Shown in pieces: positions 1 through 13,050 of a stretch of 64,000 bases of DNA; the first letter of the stretch is position 1; each line of letters opens with the position of its first letter. The notes beneath the pieces were generated by a model. The model saw only the letters and a program-made list of their open reading frames with translations, was not told the DNA's origin and ran no database searches. This DNA is from Callorhinchus milii (lineage: Eukaryota): positions 128,156,001 through 128,220,000 of the forward strand of contig NW_024704742.1 in the NCBI RefSeq assembly GCF_018977255.1. The letters are read 5' to 3'. The translations under genes and the position numbers were made by a program.

Positions 1-377
1 GACCTAATCCTTTTGTGTAGCTTGTCAGCGTCTGCAACACATGATACAACCTTTTTTTTTACACTGTTGATTTTACCGCACTGACTAATTCCAAACTTTA
101 TTTTTTGGGGAAAAAAAAACAACCATCATTTGTGTAGATCAATGTTCAATTTGTTTGCTTGTAATCATACCAATGCTCATATGAGAATAATTACACAGGT
201 TTGACATTAACTGAGGCTGTTTTGCTATTACAAAAAAGACGGGGTGTGCAGTGCTCCACTCACTTCATTGCACAGTGAACTACTGATGTCTCACAAATCT
301 GTGTGCCTACAGGAATTTCTTTGGAGGAGAAACACAGGTTACAGTGCAGGCATTTATTTCCAGTGGTTCTGTGAACT

Positions 378-722
378 CACACAGTCTAGGCTGACAATCA
401 AATGCAGTCCTGGGAGTGAGATGTATTGTTGGAGGTACCGTTCTTCAATAAGAAGTAAACCCAGGTCCCATCTGTCTGTTCAAGAGAATGTTAAACATCC
501 ATTGCCACTATTCAAAAAATGAGGGGAGTTTCTCCCGGTGCGAGCCAACGATCTCTAAATAAACCTAATCGTTCAATTCATGACTTTCTGTGCGCAAAAT
601 TAGTTGCTACGTTAGCCTACAAAATACACAGTCACTACACTTTACAGCCAATATTGTGAAACGTTTTAAGACATCCTCGTGACATGAAAGGTTCTATATC
701 AAATGCAAGATTTTTTATTATT
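378..722 (+). mobile_element. DeuSINE/SacSINE-like SINE, 5'-truncated, diverged
   Basis: Core CTAGGCTGACA...CATCTGTCTGTTCAAG...GCCACTATTCAAA and shared tail TATATCAAATGCAAG; similar copies throughout the window. Confidence 0.7.
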
Positions 723-762
723 TAAGCACACTATCATCTGTGTAAAGCATTTTGAGATACTT

Positions 763-1338
763 CAATAACAACAACAACTTGTACTTATATAGCGCCCTCC
801 ACGCCGGGCGGTGTCTCAGAGCACTTAACAATGGAGCCCAAGACTGAGCCAGGGGGAAGGTGACCGTAGGTGCAGTCGAAGAGGAAGGTCTTTGGGTGCG
901 ACCTAAAGATGGGGAAGGAGGGGGCAAGGTGAAGGAGTTGAGGGAGAGAGTTCCAAAGTTTCGGGGTGTAGTGGCTGAAGGCACGGCCGCTGATGGTGGA
1001 GCAGAGGATTCGGGGGACACGGAAGAGGCTGGACCCAGTAGAGCGGAGGCAGCGGGTACTGCTGTGGGAAAACAGGAGGTTAGAGAGATAGGGGGGTGCC
1101 AAGGAAAGGAGGGATTTAAATACTAGAGTGAGGATTTTGAAATCGATCCGCTCTGTGACAGGGAGCCAGTGGAGTTTGGCAAGGACTGGAGTAATTGGGG
1201 TACGAAGTTTGGTGTGGGTGAGAATGCGGGTGGCGGAGTTTTGAATGAGCTGCATTTTGTGAATAGTGGAAGAGGGGAGACTGGCGAGGAGGGCGCTAGA
1301 GTAGTCCAGCCGAGAGGTGACAAAGGCATTGACAAGGG
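763..1338 (-). mobile_element. L2-clade LINE 3' fragment (same family as the full-length element)
   Basis: Translation [11 protein letters not shown]...[22 protein letters not shown]...TFLF is the L2 ORF2 C-terminus; ends in (TTG)n tail. Confidence 0.9.
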
Positions 1339-1739
1339 TATATGATAAGGCATTGTATCAAAGGATTAAGGATTAAGGGTTATTATTATTTGGGTAGCTA
1401 TATTGGAAACAAATTCTTTGTTGAGAATTAACACCTGCATCCTTCTCAAGCAGAATTATTCATTCAATTACAGTACTTATAAAAAATGTAGTTTTGGGAC
1501 CTAACCAATTCATTGTTGCAAAACCCAAGACATTTTCACTGATAGGTTAGGGCACATCCCTCCTCTGTCTCACCACCCCTCTATCTGTCTTCAAATTCCA
1601 CCTTGAAACCTACCTCTTCGACCATGCTTATGGCCACCTCCCTTTTACCCCAGCCTCTCATCCGTTCCAGTTCCAAGTCCACCCTGCCACTGACACTTTA
1701 ATACCATGGGCTTCTATTTTGCTTACAAGTCTCTTATGT

Positions 1740-1890
1740 CACACTTTATCAAAAGCCTTTTGAAAATCCATATAAACTACATCAACTGCACTACTTTCAT
1801 TCACCCTCTCTGCTACTTTATCAAAAAACTATTATCAGATTTGTTAGACATGATTTGTCTTTAACAAATCTGTGTTGGCTATCCTTTATG
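1740..1890 (-). mobile_element. CR1-clade LINE RT fragment
   Basis: Minus-strand IIKDSQHRFVKDKSCLTNL resembles the CR1 RT motif QHGFxKGKSCLTNL; followed by a V-D-V-V-Y-M-D-F-Q-K-A-F-D-K-V-like segment. Confidence 0.75.
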
Positions 1891-1904
1891 ATTAAATCTG
1901 TGTT

Positions 1905-1992
1905 GGCTGTCCTCTGTCTGTCCAGCGCCTTGGGACGTCCTCCCGACATGAAAGGCGCTTTACAAGTGCAATTCTGTTGTTGTTGTTGTTGC
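1905..1992 (+). mobile_element. L2 3' terminus, second family (tail type B)
   Basis: GTCCAGCGCCTTGGGACGTCCTCCCGACATGAAAGGCGCT followed by (TTG)n; same end follows L2 ORF2 sequence at 50920-50990. Confidence 0.75.
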
Positions 1993-3832
1993 CACTGCAA
2001 AGCACTCCAAGGTATGTTTCTACATGATATATAAATGCAAGTTGTTGTGTTATCCAACCCTCCCCTTTCCCCCATTTTTTGTCTTTCTTGTGCACATCCA
2101 CAGCCACATGCAGACTGTGTTCCCACAGGGCACGGGTGAGGCGTGTTGGCAGAGAAGCTTGATGAACATATATGTCATTTTGCCAAAGGATTGAGCTCCC
2201 TCTTTGCATAAACAGCAGCCGTCTTTTGACTTTCTCAGGGGTCAAATCGAAGCGTTCAACCCAGCTAAAATAAGTTGGTGTTCTTTATTTTTAAAGGGAT
2301 ATTTTACAAAACCATGCAATCCAGTTTCATTTAACTCTTTACAACCTTCATATTTAGCTACTTAAAACTTTGTAATGACCGAAGATAACAAAGAATGCTA
2401 TTGTATGATACTACTGAGCCCATTATGTTATCTGAATGCTGATTTTTTCAATCTATAGCTTCTGAATTTGTTGTGTGTGGCTTTAGTGGTCCTTTAAATG
2501 TTATTGAGATGTCAGGCAAATGTACTCCATAGGCTTAGAATTGTACACACGCAGTTATACACAAACACGCCCCACTGTCCTGAATAATGCAAACAAACAC
2601 AGAGCACAAATGACATTAATAAATATGATTCTTGGAACCCAACAAATGCCTTTTGTCATGTTGCCTTGTCTGATCTGCAATGAAGAGCCTGTAGCAGAAA
2701 TAGAATGATGATTTGAAGATGCAATTTGTTTGACAAAAGCAGACTTTATTGAATTTTACCACTAAGTTCATGATTTTGCCTGATGAAATGGACAACTGGA
2801 TCACATCCACTGCAATTGATGTGTATCTTTGTGCTTCGGCTGGGATGTAGTTGGGTTTGAGAGGACACTTTAACCAAAAATCCCCACCTTAAATTTGTGT
2901 CAAAATGCAAATCATTTATATTGATCACCCATTAGGTTAATTTTATGTTGCTATCAATCCCAGTTAATTGCTTTTGATAGTCCATTAATGTGATGCGATG
3001 AAGTGAATTGCATAACACAACATTGTATTTTGCAGTTACTGCTTCAGTGCTTTATTTGCAAGTATAACTGATTCGAAGAGACAGAAGCACAAGGGATCTA
3101 CGCAAAAAATCCCAGCTCTCATCATCAGTAATGTTGTGCTTATAGTTACACGTCAGATTGAGCTACTGTGGCCAGAGGGAGATTCTTGTAAATTGCAGTG
3201 TCCTTACAACTCAAAATGTAGGTGTTAACAGTTCACAATATGTGGTTCTTCACAGAAATATATAGACAATCCCTCCCCCCCTCCCAGTAATATCCCAAAC
3301 CTAAACCTATTTCAAATGGGCTTTGATGTTTTATGTCCATTTTCTTGGAATCATCAGCCTTTGGGGACAGTAATGAGCCCAACATATTCACACATGATTT
3401 TTACTGGGATGAATCGTGCAAAAGTAACACATTGAGGTTGAATAAACTCTCCTCCTCAGTGGAAAGTGGTCCGTGCCTAATACCACTTCTGGCAGAAGAC
3501 CACTTGTAGACATAAACAACAATTTATATTTCTATGTTTAGACATTTCTATACATTTATTTATATATAAAATATGATTTATTTTCACATCAGGAGCACGT
3601 CTTAAATCTCATTTCACACCACTGACTGAGAGCCTGAGCTGAGGGTGGAGGCAGATGAAAAAGGTGGTGTAGGAAGGGAAGGTGACCTAGCATGTTTCCA
3701 TTATTAAGGGAACCTTGTGTTACATGCCAACCTACCAGATTGTGGCTCTGACCCCAGGTCACCTCGAGTGTGAGAACTTGCAGGGATTAGATCAGTGTGA
3801 CGTAGTAGGAGTTTCCTGCAGGAGTACTTGTG

Positions 3833-4170
3833 TCAGCCTGGCTCAGCTGGTAGAAGTCTCGCTTCTAAGTCAAAAGGTTGTGGGCTCAAGTTGGGTCTAA
3901 GTTGAGGCCCCATTGCAGTGCTGGAGGAACGCTGCATTGTTGGAAATGTTATCCTTCAGATGGGACATTTAAACCAAAACTCTGTTTGCCAGTTCATGTA
4001 GACATTAAAGATCTCTCATGATACTATTCAAAAAGAGAAAGGAGTCCTGGTCAATAATCTCCCCCAAAGAAAATTAATCATTCATCTCCTGATTGTTTTT
4101 ATACTTTGGAATATCCTCCAAAACATGAAAGGCTCTGTACCAAATGTAAGGATTATTATTATTATTATTA
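3833..4170 (+). mobile_element. DeuSINE/SacSINE-like SINE with tRNA-like head
   Basis: GTCAGCCTGGCTCAGCTGGTAG head, AAGGTTGTGGGCTCAAG B-box-like segment, Deu-like core, (ATT)n tail. Confidence 0.75.
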
Positions 4171-4389
4171 CTTTTCACTCTGTGGCTCTTTATCTGGTGT
4201 TGAATTGCCAAAAGTGCTTTTTCAACCCCTATAACATTTTCTCATGCAAATAGTAATAATTTGTGAAAGCACTGTTCTCTCACAAACATGGCATACCGAG
4301 TATGGGATCTCCTACTATAGGCAATGCCATTATTAAGTGCCTCATTGGAGGGTGGGTACGCTTTTAACATAGGTGTAGTGGACCCATGT

Positions 4390-4592
4390 TTACCAGAAGT
4401 GCAGTCAGTATATCTACAGCCTCTGAAGTGGCCCAGCCAGCTTCCCATGTTAAATGGCTGACTTCCGGATAATCAGTAATTTCACTTCCTGCGAGTTGTA
4501 TTGTGCACAGGAAGCATCACCGATGTCACTTTGTGTGTCACAGGAAGTGATGTCTGCAGTGACACCTGATAAGGCAGACGTCAGCCATGTTT
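4390..4592. mobile_element. Palindromic MITE-like element, copy 1
   Basis: Nested inverted repeats AAATGGCTGAC/GTCAGCCATGTTT and CACTTCCTG/CAGGAAGTG; motifs shared with 25290-25520. Confidence 0.5.
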
Positions 4593-4884
4593 TTTGTGCT
4601 TAATTTAAAAGTGGTTGAGATATTGGACCCAAACGTTTGTACTATTAACAGGTCTAACCTGAATATCAATAAGGTTGCAGAATCGAAACCTACTCTGTGC
4701 TAAGTTAGCTGATCTCAGTTGGTCAACAACTATGGACAAGTGTGAAGAAATTGCATCCAGGTCTAGATCTATTCTGTGAAGCATATTAGAAGAACCAGAA
4801 TTTGTCAAATTGTTATATTCAGTATTTGTAATCGTTTTTCTGTTTTAAGTGTCATTCATGTTAGGAACACATCTAAAAAGGATT

Positions 4885-5262
4885 TCATAGGATTTACTGT
4901 AAAGTGTGGTGATTGTGTATATTTCAGGTCAATGCGGCAGCCAATTTGTACACAATGTCCTACAAACAAACAGCTATGAAGCAAATTACCAATTTTCTTT
5001 TGGGGGATTGTTTGCTAGGATACCGGGAGAAACTCTTTTCTTTTCGAATAGAGTCATCTGATTGTTAACATCCACCTGAACAGGCAGACGGGCTCTCAGT
5101 TTAATGTCTCATTCAAAGAATGGCATCTCCAACACTGCAGCAGTCCCCCAACAATGCACTGGAGTGTCAGCTTAGACTATGTTCTCAAAGTCCTGACATG
5201 GTGCTTGAGCCCACCATCTTCTGATCCAGAAATGAGAGTGCTACCAATGGGATTAAACTGAC
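4885..5262 (-). mobile_element. DeuSINE/SacSINE-like SINE
   Basis: Reverse complement of Deu-like core (AACATCCACCTGAACAGGCAGACGGG...TTTAATGTCTCAT) and head (GAGAGTGCTACCAA). Confidence 0.8.
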
Positions 5263-6545
5263 TGTGATGAGATCTGTTTGGAAGGCTCCAATCTTCTGAA
5301 AAGATGTAATAGAACATTAGTTTCCCAACAGAAACACCAAACTGAAAATCAGTAACAGCATAAAATGCAAGGTCTCTAGATAATAATAAAAAAAAGGCAG
5401 GAATATGTGGCTGTCACTTAAGCTGTATACCCTAGTTATACTCCAGTGTTGCCTCTGTAGGAATGGTAGGTAACAGCAGCTACCGCCATATTGCACTGCT
5501 CTTGTTGGGAAAAGTTAGGGCTAGATACATGCACGTTCAAATCAGTGTGTGCTCATTGGTCATGAACTGTCAGTGACATTTCTGATGCTGTAGAGGAGAC
5601 TTGATGAAAGCAGGCAGCTCCTATCAATCATCACTAATGGAAAGATGATGCAGGCAAACTGCAAACTGAGTCATCACAAATAGTACAGCCACATCTTTCC
5701 CAAGTCCCAAAGCTTTTTTAACATAAGTAACCTGCAAGTCTGGAGCTGTAAGAAAGGCTTCACTTGACTAATGCTAGATCCGTATTTACCAGGTTATTAC
5801 TCAACCTCTTTTACTGTAATAGCAGAAGTGCAGCACATCAGTGTTGACTTCACTGCATTTCGACAACAAAATATAGTCAATTCACTTTACAGTATATTCT
5901 GTGAGGCGCTTTGAGATGTCTCGAAAACGTGATAAGGCACTATATCAAATGAAAGGATTATTATTATTATTATTATTTTCTCTGAAAGACAACATTGCCT
6001 AAATAACACAGTCTCTCTGGTTTATAGTAAATCATATGAAGCGCTTTGAGACGTCCTCCTGACATGAAAGTGTAAGGATTATTATTATACAAGAACCTGG
6101 CTCTTTTCCTTTTTCCTATTGTCCTTTTCCACCAATTCCACGTTGCTCTATGTTTTTCCTGCTTCAAATTTTCTCATTCATGTTACTTTCCTGTGTAATT
6201 CATAGATTTTTGCACTTTCATTCCTTGTTTCCCATTCACTCTCATGTAATTTCTCTCTATTTTTCATGTTCTCGCTGGCAGCAAGGAAGTGAGATCAGAG
6301 GTCAAACTAAAGTTCAATGCCTCTGCTGTGGGGGTTTCAAATACACATTGTACTTTCACTAAAGGGCAGAGTTTAGCTAGTTTAATTTTAGTGGAAAGTG
6401 GAAGCTCATTGCATTGTAGGAGAATATTAATTTGCAAGAGGGAACTCACCTCCAGCAATGAAAGGTTAATGTCCACATCAGCGGCTCATGGGACAATCAA
6501 TAAAACTGCAAGGTTAGTAAATTCTGAGGAGGGTCATATGCTGGT

Positions 6546-6882
6546 GTCAGCCTGGCTCAGTTGATGGCACTCTCACCTCCGGGTCAGATGCTTGCGGGTT
6601 CAAGCCCCATGCTGGGTGTGTGAAATCACATTCAAGGCTGAGGTGCTGCTGTGCTGCCATCCTTTGGATGAGACATCATACCTGGGTCTCACCCCCCCTG
6701 TTCTCATGGACATTCAAGATCCCATGGCGCTATTAGAAGATAAGAGAGTTTTCCATTTATGGGATATTATTGTGTGCAAATTGGCTGTTGTATTCACCTG
6801 TAAAATACACCGTACAGTATACAGTGCTTTGAGGTATCTTGACAATATGATAAGGCCCTATATCAAATACAAGGATTATTAT
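6546..6882 (+). mobile_element. DeuSINE/SacSINE-like SINE
   Basis: GTCAGCCTGGCTCAGTTGATGGCACTCTCACCTC head, GATCCCATGGC core, tail GGATTATTAT. Confidence 0.75.
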
Positions 6883-8339
6883 AGTATACTACCACCACCA
6901 ATAGCATGTACCCATTTCGCAATCTGGAAGTCTGGTGGGAACGATTTCGGAATGGGATAAATAAACCCAGCTTCCCATTCCCGATCCCTCTGCTGCTGGA
7001 AAAGATGTCACACTGATTCCAGAAGTATAAACTCGGCACAAGACAACAATAACCTTAACCTGGTGTTTAGACGGGGCTTCTGTTTGCATTATTTCAAAAA
7101 AACTCAATAGATTCCACAATGTGCAGTGTTGGCAATCTTCAATCTAACAATGGTTCAGAAAATGTAGGTCAAAGCAGGTTCAATTTCCCTCAGTACGCCG
7201 CTCTAAGCCTTCATTGATGTCTGTAATTAAATGACTTGCAAGCAGCACCTGATCCTTGTTACTTGTCACACAACAGCACTGATCTCTGAATCTTAATTAG
7301 TCTTTTATTTCAGACCTGTACTGGGACTGCAGGAGATGATCTCCATTTTCCCAGAGCAGAATAACAACGCTCCGAGCCCTGTTTTATAGCCAACGGCACA
7401 AAGAAAATCCGCGACTTTATCTCTCCGGTTTTATTGTGTTGAACCAAAGCGAGGTCACACCATAGTAGATTCAAAGAAAAAACTGTTGGAGGTCATCCTA
7501 TGGTGCATAATAATAAAAATAATCATCCTTGCGTTTGATACAGCATCTCATCATGTCATTGAGACGTCTCAAAGTGCTTCATAGAATGTATTTCAAAGTG
7601 GATTGACTCTGTATTTTGTGGGAAAAACATTGCCATTATTCTGGCCTGTAAAACCATTTTATTTTGTAACAAAATATAATAATCCTTAATAATAATCCTT
7701 GCATTCGATATAGCGCCTTATCATGTTGTTGAGATGCCTCAAAGCGCTTCGCAGGATATACTGTAAAGTGGATTGACTGTGTATTTTTGTGAGCGAAGAT
7801 TTTTGTGAAAAAATCAAAGATTTATCAATGCATTCCATTCCTGAAATATTTCTGTTATGATTAACAATAGCTTGCACGTAACACTTGATGAAGACAGTCC
7901 CGAACACTGAGCAAGGCAGAAAGGGGAGAGGGAAAGGGCGCGGTCGAAAAGGTGATGTTTAAAGAGACATAAAGAGGAGGAGAGATGGATGGAAGGGTAC
8001 AGGGAGGGAGTTACAGAGGTTAGTGGTGTAGCCAAAGGTGGCGTGGAGGGCAAAAGGGAGGGAGGGTTGGTGGGGTTAAGGAATACTGCACACATTACTT
8101 TTACAAATGTGCTCCTAAAATCTATTTATGACACTCTTATAACAACAACAACAACTTGGATTTATGTAGCGTCCTCCACGCCGGATGGCGTCTCAGCATG
8201 AGATTGTTTTTCCCTTCGGCTTCCTGTACTCAATTTGGTCACCAGGCTTTCTCTGAATTTAGTGAGGATGTTTTTTTAACTAGCCCCCTATTATGACTTT
8301 TCAACTTTAAATTTTTTTTTCTTTCAATAAATAATAAAT

Positions 8340-9068
8340 ATAATAATAATCCTTGCATTCAGTATAGTGCCTTATCATGTTAGAAAGACATCTTAAAGCA
8401 CTTCATATGATGAACTGTAAATTATAGTTACGGTGCATTTTTCATAGGCAAACAAATATGGAGTGAATTTCTAGTTTAATTTGAGGGAATTGTTGGTTAG
8501 GGCAGCAGGAGAAACTACTTTCTCCTTTCTCTTTTCAAATAGTGCCATGGAATCTTTAACATCCACCTAAACAGGCAGACGGGACCATAGTTTAATGTCT
8601 CATCCGAAGGACAGCAACTCCAAGAATGAAACACACCCCCAGCACTGCTCTGGAACATCATCTTAGACTATGGATAATTCGTCACTGAGCCCTTTTTCCT
8701 TAGAGTAACAGGTTATTAAGAGGATACTGTATTTTGAGTGGAACACGCTTAGCTTACAAAATGGTTTCACCATAGGGGGCAAGCAAGTTGAGGAGCAGTC
8801 AAGAATAATAATCCTTACATTTGATGTAGCATCTTTTAAATCAGCTTCACAGGATTTTAGTGTAAAGTATGATAATTTTTTATTTTGTAGGCGAACAAGG
8901 CAGCAAATTTGGACACAGCAAAGTCCAACAACCATGAAGTGACTGATCAATTTCATTTGGGAAATTCTTGGCCAGAACACTGGGAGATATTTCCTTCTCT
9001 TTTCAAATTAGTGCCATTGGAACTTTAACAACCACCTGAACAGGCAGACCTCAATTTAACATCTCATC
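8340..9068 (-). mobile_element. Two tandem DeuSINE-like copies (approx. 8340-8670 and 8805-9068)
   Basis: Each has an AATAATCCTT(G/A)CATT tail and an AGTGCCAT...TTTAACA.CCACCT.AACAGGCAGAC core. Confidence 0.75.
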
Positions 9069-9072
9069 AAGT

Positions 9073-9310
9073 GGAGTCCTGTAGCTTAGTGGTTAGTAGC
9101 ACAAGTGAGAGGCTCGATTCCCAGCAGGACGAAATGTTGAGCAAGTTTCCTTACTCCACACGCCTCTGTTTGCCTAACAATAAGTAGGAACCGGGTTGTT
9201 AGTCGATTGGTGGATCGCTTTTCCAGGGGTAATAATTCCTTAAAAAACAATAACAATTTGGTCACTTAATCCACAACTATTTGTGGGACACCACTGGCAC
9301 AATTGGCTAT
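9073..9310 (+). mobile_element. tRNA-derived SINE, long form, 3'-truncated
   Basis: GGAGTCCTGTAGCTTAGTGGTTAG head; GCAAGTTTCCTTACTCCACACGCCTCTGTTTGCCTAAC central block; abuts an inverted SINE tail with (AAT)n at 9321-9460. Confidence 0.85.
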
Positions 9311-9317
9311 ATGGTAC

Positions 9318-9352
<35 letters not shown>

Positions 9353-10487
9353 GTAATAATCCTTGTATTTGATATAGTGCCTTATCATGTCTTTGAGACG
9401 TCTCAAAGCGCTTCACAGAAAATACTGTAAAGTGAATTGTAAAGTATATTTTGTGGGCAAAACCGATACAGTCTATGCAGAGTACAATACAGAGTATATT
9501 ATACAGTACCTGAAACTATTGGTTTTATACCAGTGAAATAATATCTACTCGACCGAAGGAAATGCCATTTGCCAATTTATTTAAAAATAACTATTCTCCA
9601 GAGCGTGACCTTATGCTTACAGATTCGTACTTTTCTCTTTAGAAAGGCAATATTCAACCTTCGTGGGATTTCTAAATTAATTCTGATCCTTTTAGTCTAA
9701 TGGACCTTGTCACGATACAGTATGTCATTAACCAAAATCTAAACAGTGCTCTTGTCATTTCTTCTGGAAGGAAGCTTCAGTGAAAATTAATACAGACAGC
9801 TGGAAACTGCCTCTTGGAACTGTTCTGTCTAAATAACATGAAAAGGTCACATTGATTCGGACTAACTGTATGTATTGTGTTCGGGCTACACTGCAGTATA
9901 GTTCACCCTTTACGTTTAGTTTATAATTTGTGAACTGGAAATTTCAATAAATTACAAGCTTTTTCAACGATGTTCTTAAATAATTGTTTTCCAAATAATT
10001 ACGGGGAATCTTTCTGCCTTTTGTTCCTTCCTACCCATTGCAGATTCTCTCAGTTGTTTACCCGTAACGAATCGGATTCCTGCTATCCTCCAGCTGCAAT
10101 TTCGGGATCATCCTGCAGTGAATTTGAAATTCTCATTGACCCTGCTCATGTGAATGAAGGTCACCCTGAATGCATAGACACAGAGTGGCACAGACAGGCA
10201 CACACGCACATACAAACATAACACACGCCACATTTTCAGTGTACTGCAAGCTAATGGTTGTACATGTATCTATTTTATAAGCTGTGACTGCCGTACGTAT
10301 GAGTAGGTTGCTAGTCCCGTTTGCTGTCTGTTTTTCCATGGTCCAGGAAAATGTTGGCCTGGGTGATAAGTGATGATCTTATTGTAGATGAGGGTTTCGA
10401 TTTTGGATATTTCTGAGAATGATCGGGATAACAGATTGAGTTCAGAAACTCTCACAAGTGGCCAATTGTAGGCAGCAATATAAACTA

Positions 10488-10897
10488 ACAATAATCCTTG
10501 CATTTGATAAAGTGTCTTTCACGTAAGGAAGACTTTTCAAAGCTTCACTAAAAGGATTCGTTAAAAAATGTAGTGACTGTGTATTTTGTAGGCGAACTTG
10601 GCACCCAATTTGCACACTGTAATGTCCCACAAACTGTCATGAAGTGAATGATCTATCTTAATTTGGAGGATTTGTTTTTCAAATAGTGTCACGGGATCTT
10701 TAATGTCTACCTGAACAGGCAGACGAGACATCAATCTAACATATCATCTGAACGATGGCATCTACAACAATGCGTCTTTCCTCCAATACTGCACTGGATC
10801 GTCAGACAAGATTATATCAATTCAAAGTACTGATATAAAGCTTCAACTGACTATTTCTGACTCAAAGGAGAATACTACCAACTGAGCCAGGTTGACA
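10488..10897 (-). mobile_element. Near full-length DeuSINE/SacSINE-like SINE
   Basis: Tail, Deu-like core and head (CTACCAACTGAGCCAGGTTGAC) all present in reverse orientation. Confidence 0.8.
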
Positions 10898-11123
10898 TCT
10901 TATTAATCTTTAATAAGATTAAAGTTCTCATAAACAGGATATCTAATTTCAGATCTTACAGAATAAAGTGATACATCTACTGCACAGCAATTTCATCTGA
11001 TTATATCTATATATTCTGTGTAACATTCAATGTGGGTTTGAGAGGTGTATTAAGTGAAATCTGACTTAAAGACCACTTTTACCAAGACACCCATTTGTCT
11101 ATAACCATGACCCAATGTCAGTA

Positions 11124-11171
11124 ATGAATGAATGAATAAATGAATGAATGAATGAATGAATGAATGAATGA
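11124..11171. repeat. (TGAA)n microsatellite
   Basis: About 12 near-perfect TGAA units. Confidence 0.95.
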
Positions 11172-11714
11172 AGCTTGAAACTGTATCAGAAAATAACAGG
11201 TAGGATTCTATTACTCTTGCATCATGTACAATCATATCCATGCCACGCTTTTCATCCCAAGTGCTACTGTGCATCCATCAATCAAATGATGTGTGCTATT
11301 ACTTTCCCTGCATTGATTGTCGCCTATGTTACTTCTTTCATGGTGCTAAGAAGGGGATAGAAGCGGCACTGATGCAGAACTGGATATGTTGTTACCAGCA
11401 CTCCATTTAAAATTAAGGTATTCATAGGGAAACTGGCTAAGTGGCCCTCATTACATTACTGTGGAGTGGTACACAAGTGGAACACTGGTATAAATCAAAT
11501 GCTATGGGTTCATAACTTCATTATAAGGACAACAAAAATAATAGAAAGTGCAAGAGATTTTATATCTTAATAAAAAGTTAGCGGGCAAACAGCAACAGGG
11601 GAGCAAGGAGCTATAAAGCCTTTCAAAAAAAACCTTGACGTTCCTATAAATTATAAGGATTCAGAGTCATTAGATGATGAGATGGATATGTCGGAGGAAT
11701 CTTTTGGGAAGATA

Positions 11715-12502
11715 TAATAATAATAATTCTTGTATTAGATACAATGTCTTGTATTGATACATCTCAAAGCTCCTCAGTTTTCTATAAAGTGCATGACCTC
11801 GTATTTGTGGGTGAACAAGGCAACCAATTTCTGCACAGCAAATGGCCTGCAAACAGCCAACGTGTAATTGGTCAGTTTAACTTGAGGATTATTGGCCAAA
11901 TCAACAGGAGAAATTCTCTTCTCTTTTCAAATCATTCATGGGATCTTTAATATCCAAGCAGTCAGGAACAAGATTTAAATGCCCTTGGTTTGATGCCTCA
12001 TTCAAAGAATAGTAATAATAATCCTTGCATTTGATATAGCACCTGACCACATCTTCAAGACATCTTAAAGCGCTTCACAGAACATACTGCAAAGTGAATT
12101 GACTGTTTTGTGGGCAATTGTGCACAACAGTGTCCCACAAACAATCGTGGATTGAGTGTCCAAATTATTATTTATATGTATTTGAAGGGATTATTACCCC
12201 CGGAAAGCGATCCAATCGATTAACAACCAGGTTCCTATTCACTGCTAGGTTAACAGAGGCATGTGGAGTAAGGAGACTTGCCCAATGTTTCATCCCACCC
12301 AGGAATCAAGGCCAGGACCTCATGCTTGCAAGGCGAGTACTCTAACCACTTAGCTATAGGACTCCACAGAACAGCAGCTCTGACAATGCAGCACCCTCTA
12401 ACACTGCCCTGAGTGTCAGTCTTGAACATGAGCTGACCTGGGACTTGAACCCACAACCTTCTGACCCACAGGCAAGAGTGCTACCAACTGAGCCAGGCTA
12501 AC
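11715..12502 (-). mobile_element. DeuSINE-like SINE split by a younger SINE insertion
   Basis: 3' part at 11715-12010 and 5' part at 12370-12502 are colinear with intact copies. Confidence 0.7.
12013..12365 (-). mobile_element. tRNA-derived SINE, long form
   Basis: Ends TCTAACCACTTAGCTATAGGACTCC (reverse-complement head); contains the long central block. Confidence 0.85.
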
Positions 12503-12760
12503 ACTAAGATGGATGGTTTGGGTTGCTGAAACAATGACCAACTTCTGTCTAGAATGTTAATATGTTCAATTCTTTATTAATTTGACCATACAGATCAATG
12601 TACCACATCGTCTTGGTGTCAGTTCAACCCTGTTACTTTTGTATCTATGTCAGGGCTGTAGAGTAAAATGGGCTGTTTAATTATTTTATGTTTTTTAGGA
12701 CTATTTCTTCCCAAGTGGTCAAATGTGACCCAGAGCGTTGGAATGCATAGGACCGGAAAA

Positions 12761-13050
12761 CAATAACAACAACTTGCATTTATATAGAGCCCTTCATACA
12801 AGAAAACATCCTGGAGTGGGGTATAAGTAGTGGTTTTCAACACCAAGTGAAGGAGAAGGGGAAAGTGGCAAGGAACAAATGCAGTCAAAGAGGTAGGTCT
12901 TAAGGCAGGCTTTAAAATGAGTTCAGAGGGGGGGAGGTTAGAGGCAGGGAGTTCTAGAGGTTAGGGGGTAGTGGCTGAAAGCACGACCACTGATGGTGGT
13001 GCGGAGGTGTCTGGGGTATGCACAGCAAGGCTTGCCAGCTGAGTGTAGGA
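12761..13050 (-). mobile_element. Old L2 3' fragment
   Basis: CAACAACTTGCATTTATATAG tail; GGGAGTTC...GTGGCTGAAAGCACGACCACTGATGGTGG matches other L2 ends. Confidence 0.75.

Noticed and set aside
6292..6316. AGATCAgAGGTCA-N6-AGTTCA as a retinoic-acid response element
   Set aside because: Spacer is 6, not the canonical DR5 or DR2; the DR1 half-site is imperfect
10108..10110. In-frame TGA in the candidate exon as selenocysteine
   Set aside because: No recognisable selenoprotein context and no SECIS evidence
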